Shown: positions 48,841-57,168 of the stretch, piece by piece | How positions within the stretch are numbered: the first letter of the stretch is position 1 | How the letters are laid out: each line of letters begins with the position of its first letter | Assembly (NCBI GenBank): GCA_964651395.1 | Contig: CAZYXZ010000005.1 | Coordinates: 5,007-69,006 of the forward strand | Direction of reading: 5' to 3' | From: an uncultured Frankiaceae bacterium | GTDB taxonomy: Bacteria; Actinomycetota; Actinomycetes; BP-191 | DNA: 64,000 nucleotides | Made by a program: the position numbers and the translations under genes | The notes under the pieces: generated by a model | Seen by the model: the letters and a program-made list of their open reading frames with translations, nothing else | Told to the model about the DNA's origin: nothing | The model's database searches: none

Positions 48841-50733
48841 ATGGGGGTGCGTACGACGCGGCGGCTGCTCGCCGTCGCCCCGCTCGTGATCGCCGCGAGC
48901 CTCTTCACCGGCCCGCCTGCGCAGGCCGCGGTCACGCTGACCACCAACGACCTCGCGGCCTTTCTCCAGGCTGGTGGCGCGCCGGTTCTCGTGACCTTCG
49001 ACCGAGACAAGCCAGGCTCGTTGTTCAGTGCCGAGAGCACGGGTGGGCTGACGGTCACCGCGCCCGAGGGGGCTGCGCGCCTCGTCGTGGTCCGCGCCGA
49101 CGACACCTTCACCCCGGTGGCGCCCGGGGCGCCGCCCGATCTCGTGCACAAGCTGCCGTCGACGTCGGGCGACAACGTGCTCTCACCCGGCGGACCGGAG
49201 CTGCGTCTCGCCGATCCAGCCTTCGACGACGACCGGATCACCCTGACCTTCGATCCGCCCGTGAGCGCGGTGGGCTTCGATGTGGTGTATCAGTCCTTCG
49301 ACTCGGTGCAGGGCATCGCGGTCACCGTCCTGGCCGCCGACGGCACCGTGCTGGCGACCGACGACGGCATCCCTGAGGGCGCGACCAACCCGGCGGATGC
49401 CCCGGGCGGCAGCGGGTTCGTCGGATTCATCGCCGACGCTGCGGAGATCGCCAGCGTCACGATCGTCGACGGTGACGGGGACGCCGTCTTCACGGACGGC
49501 AACATCGGCCTCGACACAATCCGTGTGGACCCGGCGTCCAGGTCGAGGGTTCGCCTCTCCACCAGTCCGGCGATCCGTCAGCGCCAGCCGGCCTTCGCAG
49601 GGTCACTCGCACCGCCTCAGCAGGTCGACCACTCGCCGAAGGCCAGTGCGATCAGCCTGGCTGTCGGCTCGCTGCTCCTCGCTCTCGTCTTCCCGGCAGA
49701 GCTGTTCAACGCCACTTGGGAGGCGAACTACGAGGTGGTGGCGCAGCGGTTCCGGCGACTGCAGCGACGACCTCGACGCAGCTGGCCCGTGCCGCTCGTC
49801 TTCGGACTCTGCCTCGTCGGGGCCGGGGCGCTGCAGGGACAGCTCGACCGCGAGATGGGCTTTGGCCGCCGCTATGTCGCGTTCATCCTCGGGGCCGCTC
49901 TCGCGGGTCTGACCCGCGTCGCCATCCCGTCGTTCACCGGCGACCGGCTCGACCGCGAAGGCCGTGTGGGCCTACGCCTTGAGCCGCTCCCGCTCGGCCT
50001 CGTCGTGGCTGCGGTCAGTGTCGGGGTGTCGTGGCTGGCGAGGTTCGAGCCCGGCTACTTCTACGGGGCGATCGGCGGGTTCGTTCCTGTGATCGCACTC
50101 ACGTCGCGGAGGGAAGGCCGACGCGTGGCCATCACGCTCGCCGCGACGGTGGCGCTCGGATTGTCTGCAGGATTGCTGCTCGGCTGGCTCGACGTCCTGC
50201 CCATCGTCGATGCCACGTTTCCCGAGCAGGTCGTGAGCGGCACGCTCTCCGCGATCTACATCGGTGCGCTGAGCGGACTCATGTTCGCGATGCTGCCGCT
50301 GACCTTCTTGCCCGGCCGGCAGCTCCGGCAGTGGAGCCACAAGGTCTGGCTCGCGGCGTTCGTCCTCTCCGCGGGCCTCTACATCAAAGAGCTGGTCGAG
50401 CCGGCCAAGGGTACGAAAGGCAGCGTCCGCGTCGTGGTCGTGCTCTTTCTCGCCTTCGGCAGCCTCAGCGTCGGGTTCTGGCTCTACTGCCGCGGGCTCC
50501 GCCGTACGCCTCGGCTCGTCCCGGCACCGGCAACGGCACCGAGTCCGCCAGTAGTGCGGGAGGCCGAGCCTTGGCCGGGGTACGACGGGATGACGGCGAA
50601 GCAGATCACCGCCCTCCTCGCAGAGGCGGACGACGAGCGGCGCGGTGTCGTTCATGCCTACGAGGCAGCCAACAAGGGCCGCCTCACGATCCTTCGGGCC
50701 AGCGCTACTGACGGGCACGAACCGTCGCGCTGA
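48841..50733 (+). CDS. Membrane protein with N-terminal secreted domain (hypothetical)
   Basis: Strong RBS (GGGGGAGGG) before the ATG at 48841. Signal peptide, roughly 250-aa extracytoplasmic domain, then about 8 TM helices. Confidence 0.55.
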   Translation: MGVRTTRRLLAVAPLVIAASLFTGPPAQAAVTLTTNDLAAFLQAGGAPVLVTFDRDKPGSLFSAESTGGLTVTAPEGAARLVVVRADDTFTPVAPGAPPDLVHKLPSTSGDNVLSPGGPELRLADPAFDDDRITLTFDPPVSAVGFDVVYQSFDSVQGIAVTVLAADGTVLATDDGIPEGATNPADAPGGSGFVGFIADAAEIASVTIVDGDGDAVFTDGNIGLDTIRVDPASRSRVRLSTSPAIRQRQPAFAGSLAPPQQVDHSPKASAISLAVGSLLLALVFPAELFNATWEANYEVVAQRFRRLQRRPRRSWPVPLVFGLCLVGAGALQGQLDREMGFGRRYVAFILGAALAGLTRVAIPSFTGDRLDREGRVGLRLEPLPLGLVVAAVSVGVSWLARFEPGYFYGAIGGFVPVIALTSRREGRRVAITLAATVALGLSAGLLLGWLDVLPIVDATFPEQVVSGTLSAIYIGALSGLMFAMLPLTFLPGRQLRQWSHKVWLAAFVLSAGLYIKELVEPAKGTKGSVRVVVVLFLAFGSLSVGFWLYCRGLRRTPRLVPAPATAPSPPVVREAEPWPGYDGMTAKQITALLAEADDERRGVVHAYEAANKGRLTILRASATDGHEPSR

Positions 50734-51121
50734 GCGCCTTGGGCGCCTGGAGGCAGTAGCTCTCGGTCAGCAACTCGCCGACCTCCACCCAGTCGACGCG
50801 ATTCCCGAGGACCAGGCCGACCTCGTCTGCACGCCATGGCGGCGCGAAGTACGGCGCGCCCATCGTGCGGAGCGCGTGGAGCTCCGGTCCGGACGCGCGG
50901 AACATCAGCACGTACGCCGGACCGCCAGTGCCGGCGGCGCGCGCGTAGCCGGGCGGCCACCCCTCTGCAATGCCGAGAACGTGCGCGAACGTCTTGCCGC
51001 GCACCCGCCACCGCCTGCCCACCCATGCGGCTTCCTCGTACGCGTCCGGCAGGGCGAGGCAGAGGTGGCGCAGCCTTGTCACCGTGGCCGCCGGCACGTT
51101 CCCGCCCACGGCGTCGTCCAT
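50705..51121 (-). CDS. MmcQ/YjbR-family putative DNA-binding protein
   Basis: 138 aa. The LRHLCLALPDAYEE...WRVRGKTFAHV pattern resembles the MmcQ/YjbR N-terminus (from memory). Confidence 0.45.
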   Translation of the reverse strand: MDDAVGGNVPAATVTRLRHLCLALPDAYEEAAWVGRRWRVRGKTFAHVLGIAEGWPPGYARAAGTGGPAYVLMFRASGPELHALRTMGAPYFAPPWRADEVGLVLGNRVDWVEVGELLTESYCLQAPKALSATVRARQ

Positions 51122-51124
51122 CGA

Positions 51125-52070
51125 TCAGGAGGCGACCAGGTGGACGGACTTCGACCCGAACAATGAGCCGGCCTGAGCGGAGCAGTAGACGACGTAGGTG
51201 CCGGTGCCGGTAGCCAGCCGGGGAGTGATCGACCACGCGCCTTGCGCGTTGGTCCGCGTCTCCCCGACGTAGGTGTAACGGCCCGTGGCGGTCGTCGCGA
51301 GCCCGACTGCCATGTTCGGCCGCGCAGGCAGTGTGGTCCCGGAGAACGTCACGCGCTGGCCGCGCATGAAGTCGGAGCCGGGAAGGGGCTGGTTGATCGT
51401 GAGCCGTTGGTGGACGCGGATGAGCACCGCTGGCGACGCGGCGTTGTCCACGCGCGCGACGAAGGCGGTCTGGGTCAGCTGTGAGACCGGGAACGTGAAC
51501 GCGCCGTCGCCGCCGGAGACCGTGCTGCCGAGCACCGAGTACTGGCTCGCGCCCCATGACTTGCCATGGATGACAACGGTCCGGCCGGCGACGTCGCCGC
51601 CTCCACCGCTCACGCTGACGACGCCGTACAGGGTGGGTCGGTTGCCGGCGGTGATCCGCGGGGCGCTCGTCTGCAGGCTCAGAGACGTGACAGGGGCGAC
51701 CGCGTGCCCGCAGACGTCGATCCGCTCGATCGGCGCGGGCAGGTCGACGATCGCGTCACCGGGACCGAACGACTGCATCGTCCCGTTCGTCATCTGCACG
51801 TATGCGGAGTCGATCACCTCGTTGCCGATGTGCTGGTACTGCGCCTTGTAGTCCTGCTGCTCAGGGGTGTTCGCCACCACGAGAGAGATCTTGTCGGTGT
51901 CACCGGTGACGGTAGAGGTAGGCCCGCCGTCGCTCACCCCCGTCACCTGGTCCTGCCCATTGGGGCACGTGTACGGCTGCGGGGCGGCCGACGCCGTGAT
52001 CGGTGCGGCAACGACGAGAGCAGGTAGCAGGCCCAGGGCGAGACGGGTGAACGTAGTCAGTCGCGGCATG
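51125..52070 (-). CDS. Secreted hypothetical protein (Ig-like/beta-rich)
   Basis: Start at the internal ATG (52070) with the signal peptide MPRLTTFTRLALGLLPALVVAAPITASA. The upstream part of the 507-aa ORF is Arg/Pro-rich low-complexity. Confidence 0.5.
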
Positions 52071-52116
52071 CCTTGAGTCTTCCACCGGGGTGGAGTTTGA
52101 AAAGCGGACCGCGGAA

Positions 52117-52686
52117 CTACTCCCCAGGCTTCCTGGCCAGGAAGCGGATCTGGTAGTCGCCGACGTCGATGGTCGCGTCCTGGAGTCCGGCGGCCGCCAG
52201 GCGGTCGGGAAGCGTCGCGGGGTCGACCGGCACGAACGTGTCCCCCTCGTGCCCGAGGCGGATGTAGTCGAGGTCGCGCGTGTCGACACCGATGAACAGG
52301 CCTCCGGGCCGCAGCACTCGGGCGACCTCGCCGAACAGCTTGTCCTGGAGCTCCGGCGAGGGCATGTGATGCAGCATCGAGAAGCAGGTCACGGCGGAGA
52401 ACCCGCCGGACGCCAGGCCCGAGTCGGTCGCGTCCCGGCGTACGACGTCGACGGTGGATTCCCCCAGACGGGCCGCGAGTGCCGTCGCCAGTGCCTCGTC
52501 GATCTCGATGGCCGTCAGCTTGCGCACACGGTCGCGGAGGAGGTCGGTCGTCAGGCCCGGTCCGGGGCCGACCTCGAGGACGTCGTCGCCGAGGTCGCCG
52601 ACGCTGTCGACCCAGGGCAGGAGGTCCTTCTCGAGCAGCGCCGCCCACTCGGGGCTCGCGAGGAAGGTGATGTGCGCGTCGTTCAT
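52117..52686 (-). CDS. Class I SAM-dependent methyltransferase
   Basis: VLEVGPGPG motif I. Confidence 0.65.
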   Translation of the reverse strand: MNDAHITFLASPEWAALLEKDLLPWVDSVGDLGDDVLEVGPGPGLTTDLLRDRVRKLTAIEIDEALATALAARLGESTVDVVRRDATDSGLASGGFSAVTCFSMLHHMPSPELQDKLFGEVARVLRPGGLFIGVDTRDLDYIRLGHEGDTFVPVDPATLPDRLAAAGLQDATIDVGDYQIRFLARKPGE

Positions 52687-52702
52687 GGAGCGGTTGTATA
52701 CC

Positions 52703-53104
52703 TCAGCCGGCGAGGAAGCTCAGGCGTACGACGCGCGTGCAGTTGTCGACGTTCGTGTCGACGAGGCAGATCCGTTGCCACGTGCCGAGCTGGAGCACGC
52801 CGCCGAGGACGGGCACCGACAACGACGGTGCGATGAATGCGGGAAGTACGTGGTCACGACCGTGCCCCGCAGTTCCGTGCGCGTGCTCGTAGGCGACCTC
52901 GCGCGGCCAGAGGCGGTCGATCGCGGCGGTCAGGTCGGCCTCGCTACCGGATCCGGTCTCCATGATCGCGAAGCCGCAGGTGGCATGTGGCAGGAACAGG
53001 TGGAGCAGCCCGTCCCCGCGCTGACGAGCGAACTCGCCGGCCTCGGCCGTGATGTCGGTGACCAGCTGGTCGCCGGTCATCCATCGCAGCTCGACGCTCT
53101 CCAC
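52703..53104 (-). CDS. YjbQ/UPF0047 family secondary thiamine-phosphate synthase-like protein
   Basis: 133 aa with the characteristic HGTAGHGRDH motif region. Confidence 0.65.
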   Translation of the reverse strand: MESVELRWMTGDQLVTDITAEAGEFARQRGDGLLHLFLPHATCGFAIMETGSGSEADLTAAIDRLWPREVAYEHAHGTAGHGRDHVLPAFIAPSLSVPVLGGVLQLGTWQRICLVDTNVDNCTRVVRLSFLAG

Positions 53105-53173
53105 ACGCCGACCCTACGAGGACCCGCCCGACGCCGCTTGACGCATCCGCAGCTAGTGGTAATCTACAACCAA

Positions 53174-53527
53174 ATGGTTGTACGAATGCTGGACACCGAG
53201 CAGGCGGACGGCGTGTTCCACGCCCTCGCCGACCCGACGCGCCGCGACATCGTGCGGCGCACGCTGACCACCGAGTACTCGGTGACCGCGCTCGCACGCT
53301 GCTTCCCGATGAGCTTCGCCGCGGTGCAGAAGCACGTGGCTGTCCTGGCAGCGGCAGGACTCGTCACCAAGGAGCGCCGCGGCCGGGAGCAGCTCGTCCG
53401 CGGTGACGTCCGCCAGCTCCGGAAGGCGGCGCGCATGTTGGACCAGCTGGAAGAGGTGTGGCGCAGCCGCATGGACAGGTTCGGCGAGGTGCTCGCCGAG
53501 ATCGACGAGGAAGAGGAGCAGTCATGA
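53174..53527 (+). CDS. ArsR/SmtB-family transcriptional regulator
   Basis: LADPTRRDIVRRL...SVTALA...FAAVQKHVAVLAAAGLV HTH. Confidence 0.75.
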   Translation: MVVRMLDTEQADGVFHALADPTRRDIVRRTLTTEYSVTALARCFPMSFAAVQKHVAVLAAAGLVTKERRGREQLVRGDVRQLRKAARMLDQLEEVWRSRMDRFGEVLAEIDEEEEQS

Positions 53528-54012
53528 CGGTCATCGATGTGACCAAGGACCCGGCGAGCCGATCGCTGACCATCACCTCGGAGTTCGACGCGACCCCAGA
53601 ACGGGTCTGGCGGCTGTGGGCGGAGCCGGCCCAGCTCAACCGCTGGTGGGGTCCTCCCGGGTGGCCGGCGACGTTCGTCGACCACGACCTGAGCCCGGGC
53701 GGCGACGTCCGCTACTACATGACCGGACCGGACGGCGAGAAGGCCGGCGGTTGGTGGCGGGTCAACGTCGTGGAGCCGCCCCACCGGCTGGAGGTGACCG
53801 ACGGCTTCGCCGACGAGTCCGGCAACCGCAACGATGCGATGCCCACCGTCGAGATGGTCGTGACGATCGCCGAGTCCGGCGGTCGTACGCGGATGACGAT
53901 CGCCTCGACGTACTCCACGCTCGAGGACATGGAGAAGGTCATCGCCATGGGCATGGAAGAGGGAATAACGCTGGCCCTCGGGCAGATCGACGCGCTGCTG
54001 TCGGAGGGCTAG
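53524..54012 (+). CDS. SRPBCC (AHSA1/Aha1-like) domain protein
   Basis: ATGA coupling with the ArsR gene. PERVWRLWAEPAQLNRWWGPPGW motif typical of the Aha1-like SRPBCC family. Confidence 0.7.
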   Translation: MTVIDVTKDPASRSLTITSEFDATPERVWRLWAEPAQLNRWWGPPGWPATFVDHDLSPGGDVRYYMTGPDGEKAGGWWRVNVVEPPHRLEVTDGFADESGNRNDAMPTVEMVVTIAESGGRTRMTIASTYSTLEDMEKVIAMGMEEGITLALGQIDALLSEG

Positions 54013-54039
54013 CTCCCCGTTCGGTCATCACGCCAGAGA

Positions 54040-54078
54040 ACCCCGGTCTTCAGGCTCTTGAAGACCGGGGTTCTGCTG
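54040..54078. terminator. Perfect 16-bp stem / 6-nt loop hairpin (AGAACCCCGGTCTTCA-ggctct-TGAAGACCGGGGTTCT)
   Basis: Read directly from the sequence. It lies just downstream of the SRPBCC gene and at the boundary of the integrative element. No U-tract follows. Confidence 0.45.
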
Positions 54079-54092
54079 TGTGGGGCGATGAG

Positions 54093-54139
54093 CGCGCTCG
54101 GAGGGACTCGAACCCCCAACCTTCTGATCCGTAGGTCCG
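54093..54139 (-). other. 3'-terminal tRNA fragment (T-arm GGGGG-TTCGAGT-CCCTC plus acceptor 3' strand CGAGCGC-G); putative att-site remnant
   Basis: The minus-strand reading gives a canonical T-stem-loop and a 7-nt acceptor 3' strand plus discriminator. No matching 5' acceptor strand or D-arm exists upstream, so this is not a complete tRNA. Confidence 0.4.
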
Positions 54140-54272
54140 CACGCCATGTGTCACCACGTATCAGAACGATCCCTGACCTGCGGTTTCACCGCACGAAGTG
54201 TCTCACGGTGCTTCACGACGTGTCACCGCGTTGCAGTAAGACTGCAGCACATCGCAGCGAAGGGCGATCGCT

Positions 54273-54851
54273 CTACGCGCCGCTCGCTCGTCCGAAGGCA
54301 GCTGCGCGGCGCCGCGCGATGAGCCGGGCGCCCGTGGCGTCCATCCGCCAGCGAGCGAGGTCGATGCTCACGCCGAACTGCAGGGCAACCTCCTCATTAG
54401 TTGCCCTTCGCCGAGCCAGTTGTTTGGCGGCCTCGAACGGGACGAGGAGCTCGCCCGCGATTTCAGCGGCTTCAGCTTCCTGCGCCTGGTCTGCGAGCCG
54501 GCAGCCTCGCTCGTTAACGAGGCTTGTCCCAAACTTGTGCTCTCCGAAGACGTGCGCCAGCTCGTGCCCCATTGTCGACCTGCGCCGCACCAAGGGATGT
54601 GAATCGTTCTCGACGATCACTGCTCCAGTTCCGAGCGGCACAAGGGCACCCGAAAAGCAATCCGGTCGGACGTTCATGAAGTAGTTGCGAACGTCGCTAG
54701 TGACCGGCAACAGGCTCAGCGAGAACACTTCGATCCCGTACAGCTCGGCGAGTTTCCACGGGTCCAGCGCATCCATCGGATCGAGGTCGATCTCCGTGCG
54801 TAGCTCACCGGCAAGCCGCTTGCACGCGGCCTTGTTGACGGTGCGCTTCAT
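54273..54851 (-). CDS. ImmA/IrrE-family metallo-endopeptidase
   Basis: HELAHV (HExxH). Sits immediately next to an XRE HTH gene in the same orientation. Confidence 0.75.
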   Translation of the reverse strand: MKRTVNKAACKRLAGELRTEIDLDPMDALDPWKLAELYGIEVFSLSLLPVTSDVRNYFMNVRPDCFSGALVPLGTGAVIVENDSHPLVRRRSTMGHELAHVFGEHKFGTSLVNERGCRLADQAQEAEAAEIAGELLVPFEAAKQLARRRATNEEVALQFGVSIDLARWRMDATGARLIARRRAAAFGRASGA

Positions 54852-54853
54852 CG

Positions 54854-55231
54854 TCAGACAGATCCTTTCCGCGCTGCCCGTGCGTGCTTTACCGTGGCCC
54901 GGATCACTTCCTCAAGGTAGGCGACATCGCGCTTGTCGAGGTCTTGGCGCGCCCGCAGCAGCGGGGCGAGCTGGGTCACGAGGTCAGGTTCAGGCTGGGC
55001 CGCCCGATCGGACTCGATGTCGATCATGAAGCTCTCGGCCGGCATGTTCAGCCAGCGAACCAGAGTCGCGAAACCGTCGGCGTCCGGACGCAAGTCATTG
55101 CCTAGACGCGACAGCAGCGACGGGCTCACGCCGATGTCCTTTGCAAGTTGTCGCCACGACAAGCCACGTGTCGTCCGTTCCGCATCGAGCGCGGCGTATA
55201 GGCCCTGCACGTCGATCTTCGTGGTTGCCAT
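54854..55231 (-). CDS. XRE-family helix-turn-helix transcriptional regulator
   Basis: LSWRQLAKDIGVSPSLLSRLGN HTH. Start at the internal ATG (55231); the preceding part of the ORF is Cys/Arg-rich. Confidence 0.7.
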   Translation of the reverse strand: MATTKIDVQGLYAALDAERTTRGLSWRQLAKDIGVSPSLLSRLGNDLRPDADGFATLVRWLNMPAESFMIDIESDRAAQPEPDLVTQLAPLLRARQDLDKRDVAYLEEVIRATVKHARAARKGSV

Positions 55232-55313
55232 GAGTCCCCTCGGCGGCCGACCGAGAGTGTCGCACTTCCGGGCCACTGCTTGAAAGTCGACACGCACTGT
55301 TCTACAGTCGGCG

Positions 55314-55337
55314 CAATGCGTCACAACCGACGCATTG
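55314..55337. promoter_or_regulatory. 9-bp inverted repeat CAATGCGTC-n6-GACGCATTG between the XRE gene and the Ubl-E1 cassette
   Basis: Read directly from the sequence. Lies in the divergent intergenic region 55232..55362. Confidence 0.4.
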
Positions 55338-55362
55338 TCGATCGTTGAGCAGAGGAGTGGAA

Positions 55363-55623
55363 GTGACGACCGCAGCCCAGAGCGATCACAAGACGAAGGT
55401 AGTCACGATCATCGTCAACACCAGGCCTCACGAGTGGCTGGAGAAGGACATCACCTTCGAGCAGGCAGTCGAGCTCGCGTTTCCGGGCCAGCCGTACGAC
55501 CCCGCCGGAACGACGGTCGAATACAGCCGGGGCCACGGTCCGGACAAGTCGCTGCGGCCCGGAGAGCGTGTGCATGTAAAGGACGGCATGGTCTTCGATG
55601 TCGAAGCCGCCAACCGGTCCTGA
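55363..55623 (+). CDS. Multiubiquitin-domain (beta-grasp, Ubl) protein
   Basis: AGGAG RBS 5 nt before the GTG. KVVTIIVNTRPHEW...ITFEQAVELAF...VHVKDGMVFDV matches the recalled consensus of the prokaryotic Multiubiquitin family (I-VNG--YEV---ITG-QIL-LAG...L--G--F-TVP). Confidence 0.55.
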   Translation: MTTAAQSDHKTKVVTIIVNTRPHEWLEKDITFEQAVELAFPGQPYDPAGTTVEYSRGHGPDKSLRPGERVHVKDGMVFDVEAANRS

Positions 55624-56758
55624 AGACTCGATCTCCAGGCTGTACTCAGACGGGTACGACGTTCTCCTCGAGAACGGTCACCTGAAGGTCCGCGTCCCCT
55701 ACCTGTCGCCGAGCGGACCCCGTGGCGACGGGCGCCTGGTGCTCCCCGTCAACGACACCGATGGTGTCCTGAATGATGCCCTCAGCGACCACACCATCTG
55801 GTTCTCCGGCGAGGAGCCGCGGGACGAACGTGGCGCACCGCTTGGTGGCGCGAACCAGCGCGACCTCGGCAATGGCGACACTGCCAACTTCATGCTGTCC
55901 TTCAAGCCGCCAAGCGGCAGTTACGCCAGCCTGTACGAGAAGGTCCGCGGGTACGCACGCATCCTGAGTACCCCGGCGGTACAACTGGATCCCGTTCTCT
56001 CGGCCACACCAGGCGCGGCTTTTCAAGTGGTGGAAGACGGATTGCCGTTCGTGTACCGCGACACAAACACCACGCGAGCCGGCCTCACGGAGCTAAGCAA
56101 TCTCTTTCGCGGCCATACCGTTGCGATCGTCGGGGTCGGAGGTACCGGGAGTTACATTCTTGATCAGGTTGCGAAGACGTGGGTCGATCGAATCATCCTC
56201 ATCGACGGCGACGTCTTCGAAAACCACAACGCGTTCCGAGCGCCGGGTGCTGCCTCACACGAAGCGCTTCAGAAGCGCCAGAGCAAGGCCGAGTACTTCG
56301 CGGCCGAGTACTCCCGTATGCACACCGGTATCACTCCGCACGCGGAACATCTGACGGCCGATAACCTGGACCTGTTGGCGGACGCAACGTTCGTCTTCCT
56401 CGCGGCGGCCGATGCGAAGGCGCGCCCTGACATCATGGTGTGGCTCCGGGAGCGCAGCATCCCATTCATCGACGTGGGAATGGGTGTGAGCATCGGCGAC
56501 AGTGGGCTCACCGGGCTGCTGAAGGTCACCTCGTACCCGATTGGCGCGGACGCGCTGCCACTGCAGAGTGCGGACACCGCGCCTGGTGAGGATGACTACG
56601 GCAGCAACATCCAAGTTGCCGACCTGAATGCCCTCAACGCGGTGCTGGCGGTCATCCAGTGGAAGCGTCAGCTCGGCTACTTCGCTGCCCATTCGTTGAC
56701 GACCGAAACCGTTTACAAGCTCTACCTCAACGAGCTGCGCAACGGCGACACCGAATGA
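55598..56758 (+). CDS. ThiF/MoeB-family E1-like adenylyltransferase with about 170-aa N-terminal extension; contains no cysteine
   Basis: IVGVGGTGSYILDQVAKTWVDRIILIDGDVFENHNAFR is the ThiF/E1 nucleotide-binding motif. The 386-aa translation has zero Cys residues. Confidence 0.75.
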   Translation: MSKPPTGPEDSISRLYSDGYDVLLENGHLKVRVPYLSPSGPRGDGRLVLPVNDTDGVLNDALSDHTIWFSGEEPRDERGAPLGGANQRDLGNGDTANFMLSFKPPSGSYASLYEKVRGYARILSTPAVQLDPVLSATPGAAFQVVEDGLPFVYRDTNTTRAGLTELSNLFRGHTVAIVGVGGTGSYILDQVAKTWVDRIILIDGDVFENHNAFRAPGAASHEALQKRQSKAEYFAAEYSRMHTGITPHAEHLTADNLDLLADATFVFLAAADAKARPDIMVWLRERSIPFIDVGMGVSIGDSGLTGLLKVTSYPIGADALPLQSADTAPGEDDYGSNIQVADLNALNAVLAVIQWKRQLGYFAAHSLTTETVYKLYLNELRNGDTE

Positions 56759-57153
56759 GTCGCGCGGAGCGCTTTGTAGCGCAGATTGTAGACGCTTTCC
56801 CGTCGCCACTGCAGCCGGGCGTGTTGTACGTCTCCACCGCGTACTCGACCGCGGCACACATCTGTCCTTGCGGGTGCGGAAGTGAGGTGGTCACCAAGCT
56901 CTCGCCAGCCCGCTGGAAGGTGATCTTCGACGGCGAGGTTTCGCTAAGCCCGTCCGTCGCAAGTACCGGACTCCCCTGCAACTCGCACTACTTCATCACC
57001 CGTGGTGCAGTGGATTGGCGTCGGAAGCTCGACTCGAGTGAGGCTGCGCTAACCCAAGCCGTCGATCGTGACGCACTTCATCAGCATCGGGTCCCATCGA
57101 AGAGCAACTGGTTCGCCAGACTGCGGCAAGGGATCGGACGCTTGTTCACGTAG
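56755..57153 (+). CDS. Small CPCGCG-motif protein (DUF6527-like; candidate non-canonical E2-like partner)
   Basis: ATGA overlap with the E1-like gene. 132 aa with AHICPCGCGSEVVT plus a fourth Cys (GLPCNSH). Confidence 0.5.
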   Translation: MSRAERFVAQIVDAFPSPLQPGVLYVSTAYSTAAHICPCGCGSEVVTKLSPARWKVIFDGEVSLSPSVASTGLPCNSHYFITRGAVDWRRKLDSSEAALTQAVDRDALHQHRVPSKSNWFARLRQGIGRLFT

Positions 57154-57168
57154 CTCGCGCTCGAGCAC

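Noticed and set aside
47776-49149. 134-aa N-terminal extension on ilvC (and similar extensions on the ORFs at 57169..58926, 54854..55324, 60814..62292, 51125..52648, 31723..33432)
   Set aside because: The extensions are low-complexity, lack RBSs, and precede clear internal start codons with Shine-Dalgarno sequences and conserved N-terminal motifs.
54085-54200. Complete tRNA gene on the minus strand
   Set aside because: A T-arm and 3' acceptor strand are present. However, no complementary 5' acceptor strand (GCGCTCG), D-arm or anticodon arm could be folded from the upstream 70 nt. It is treated as a 3' remnant or att core only.
55598-56100. N-terminal 170 aa of the E1-like protein as a canonical UBC-fold E2 (as in Cap2 E2-E1 fusions)
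   Set aside because: The region has no cysteine, so it cannot be a catalytic E2. It is more consistent with an inactive adenylation-like or docking domain.
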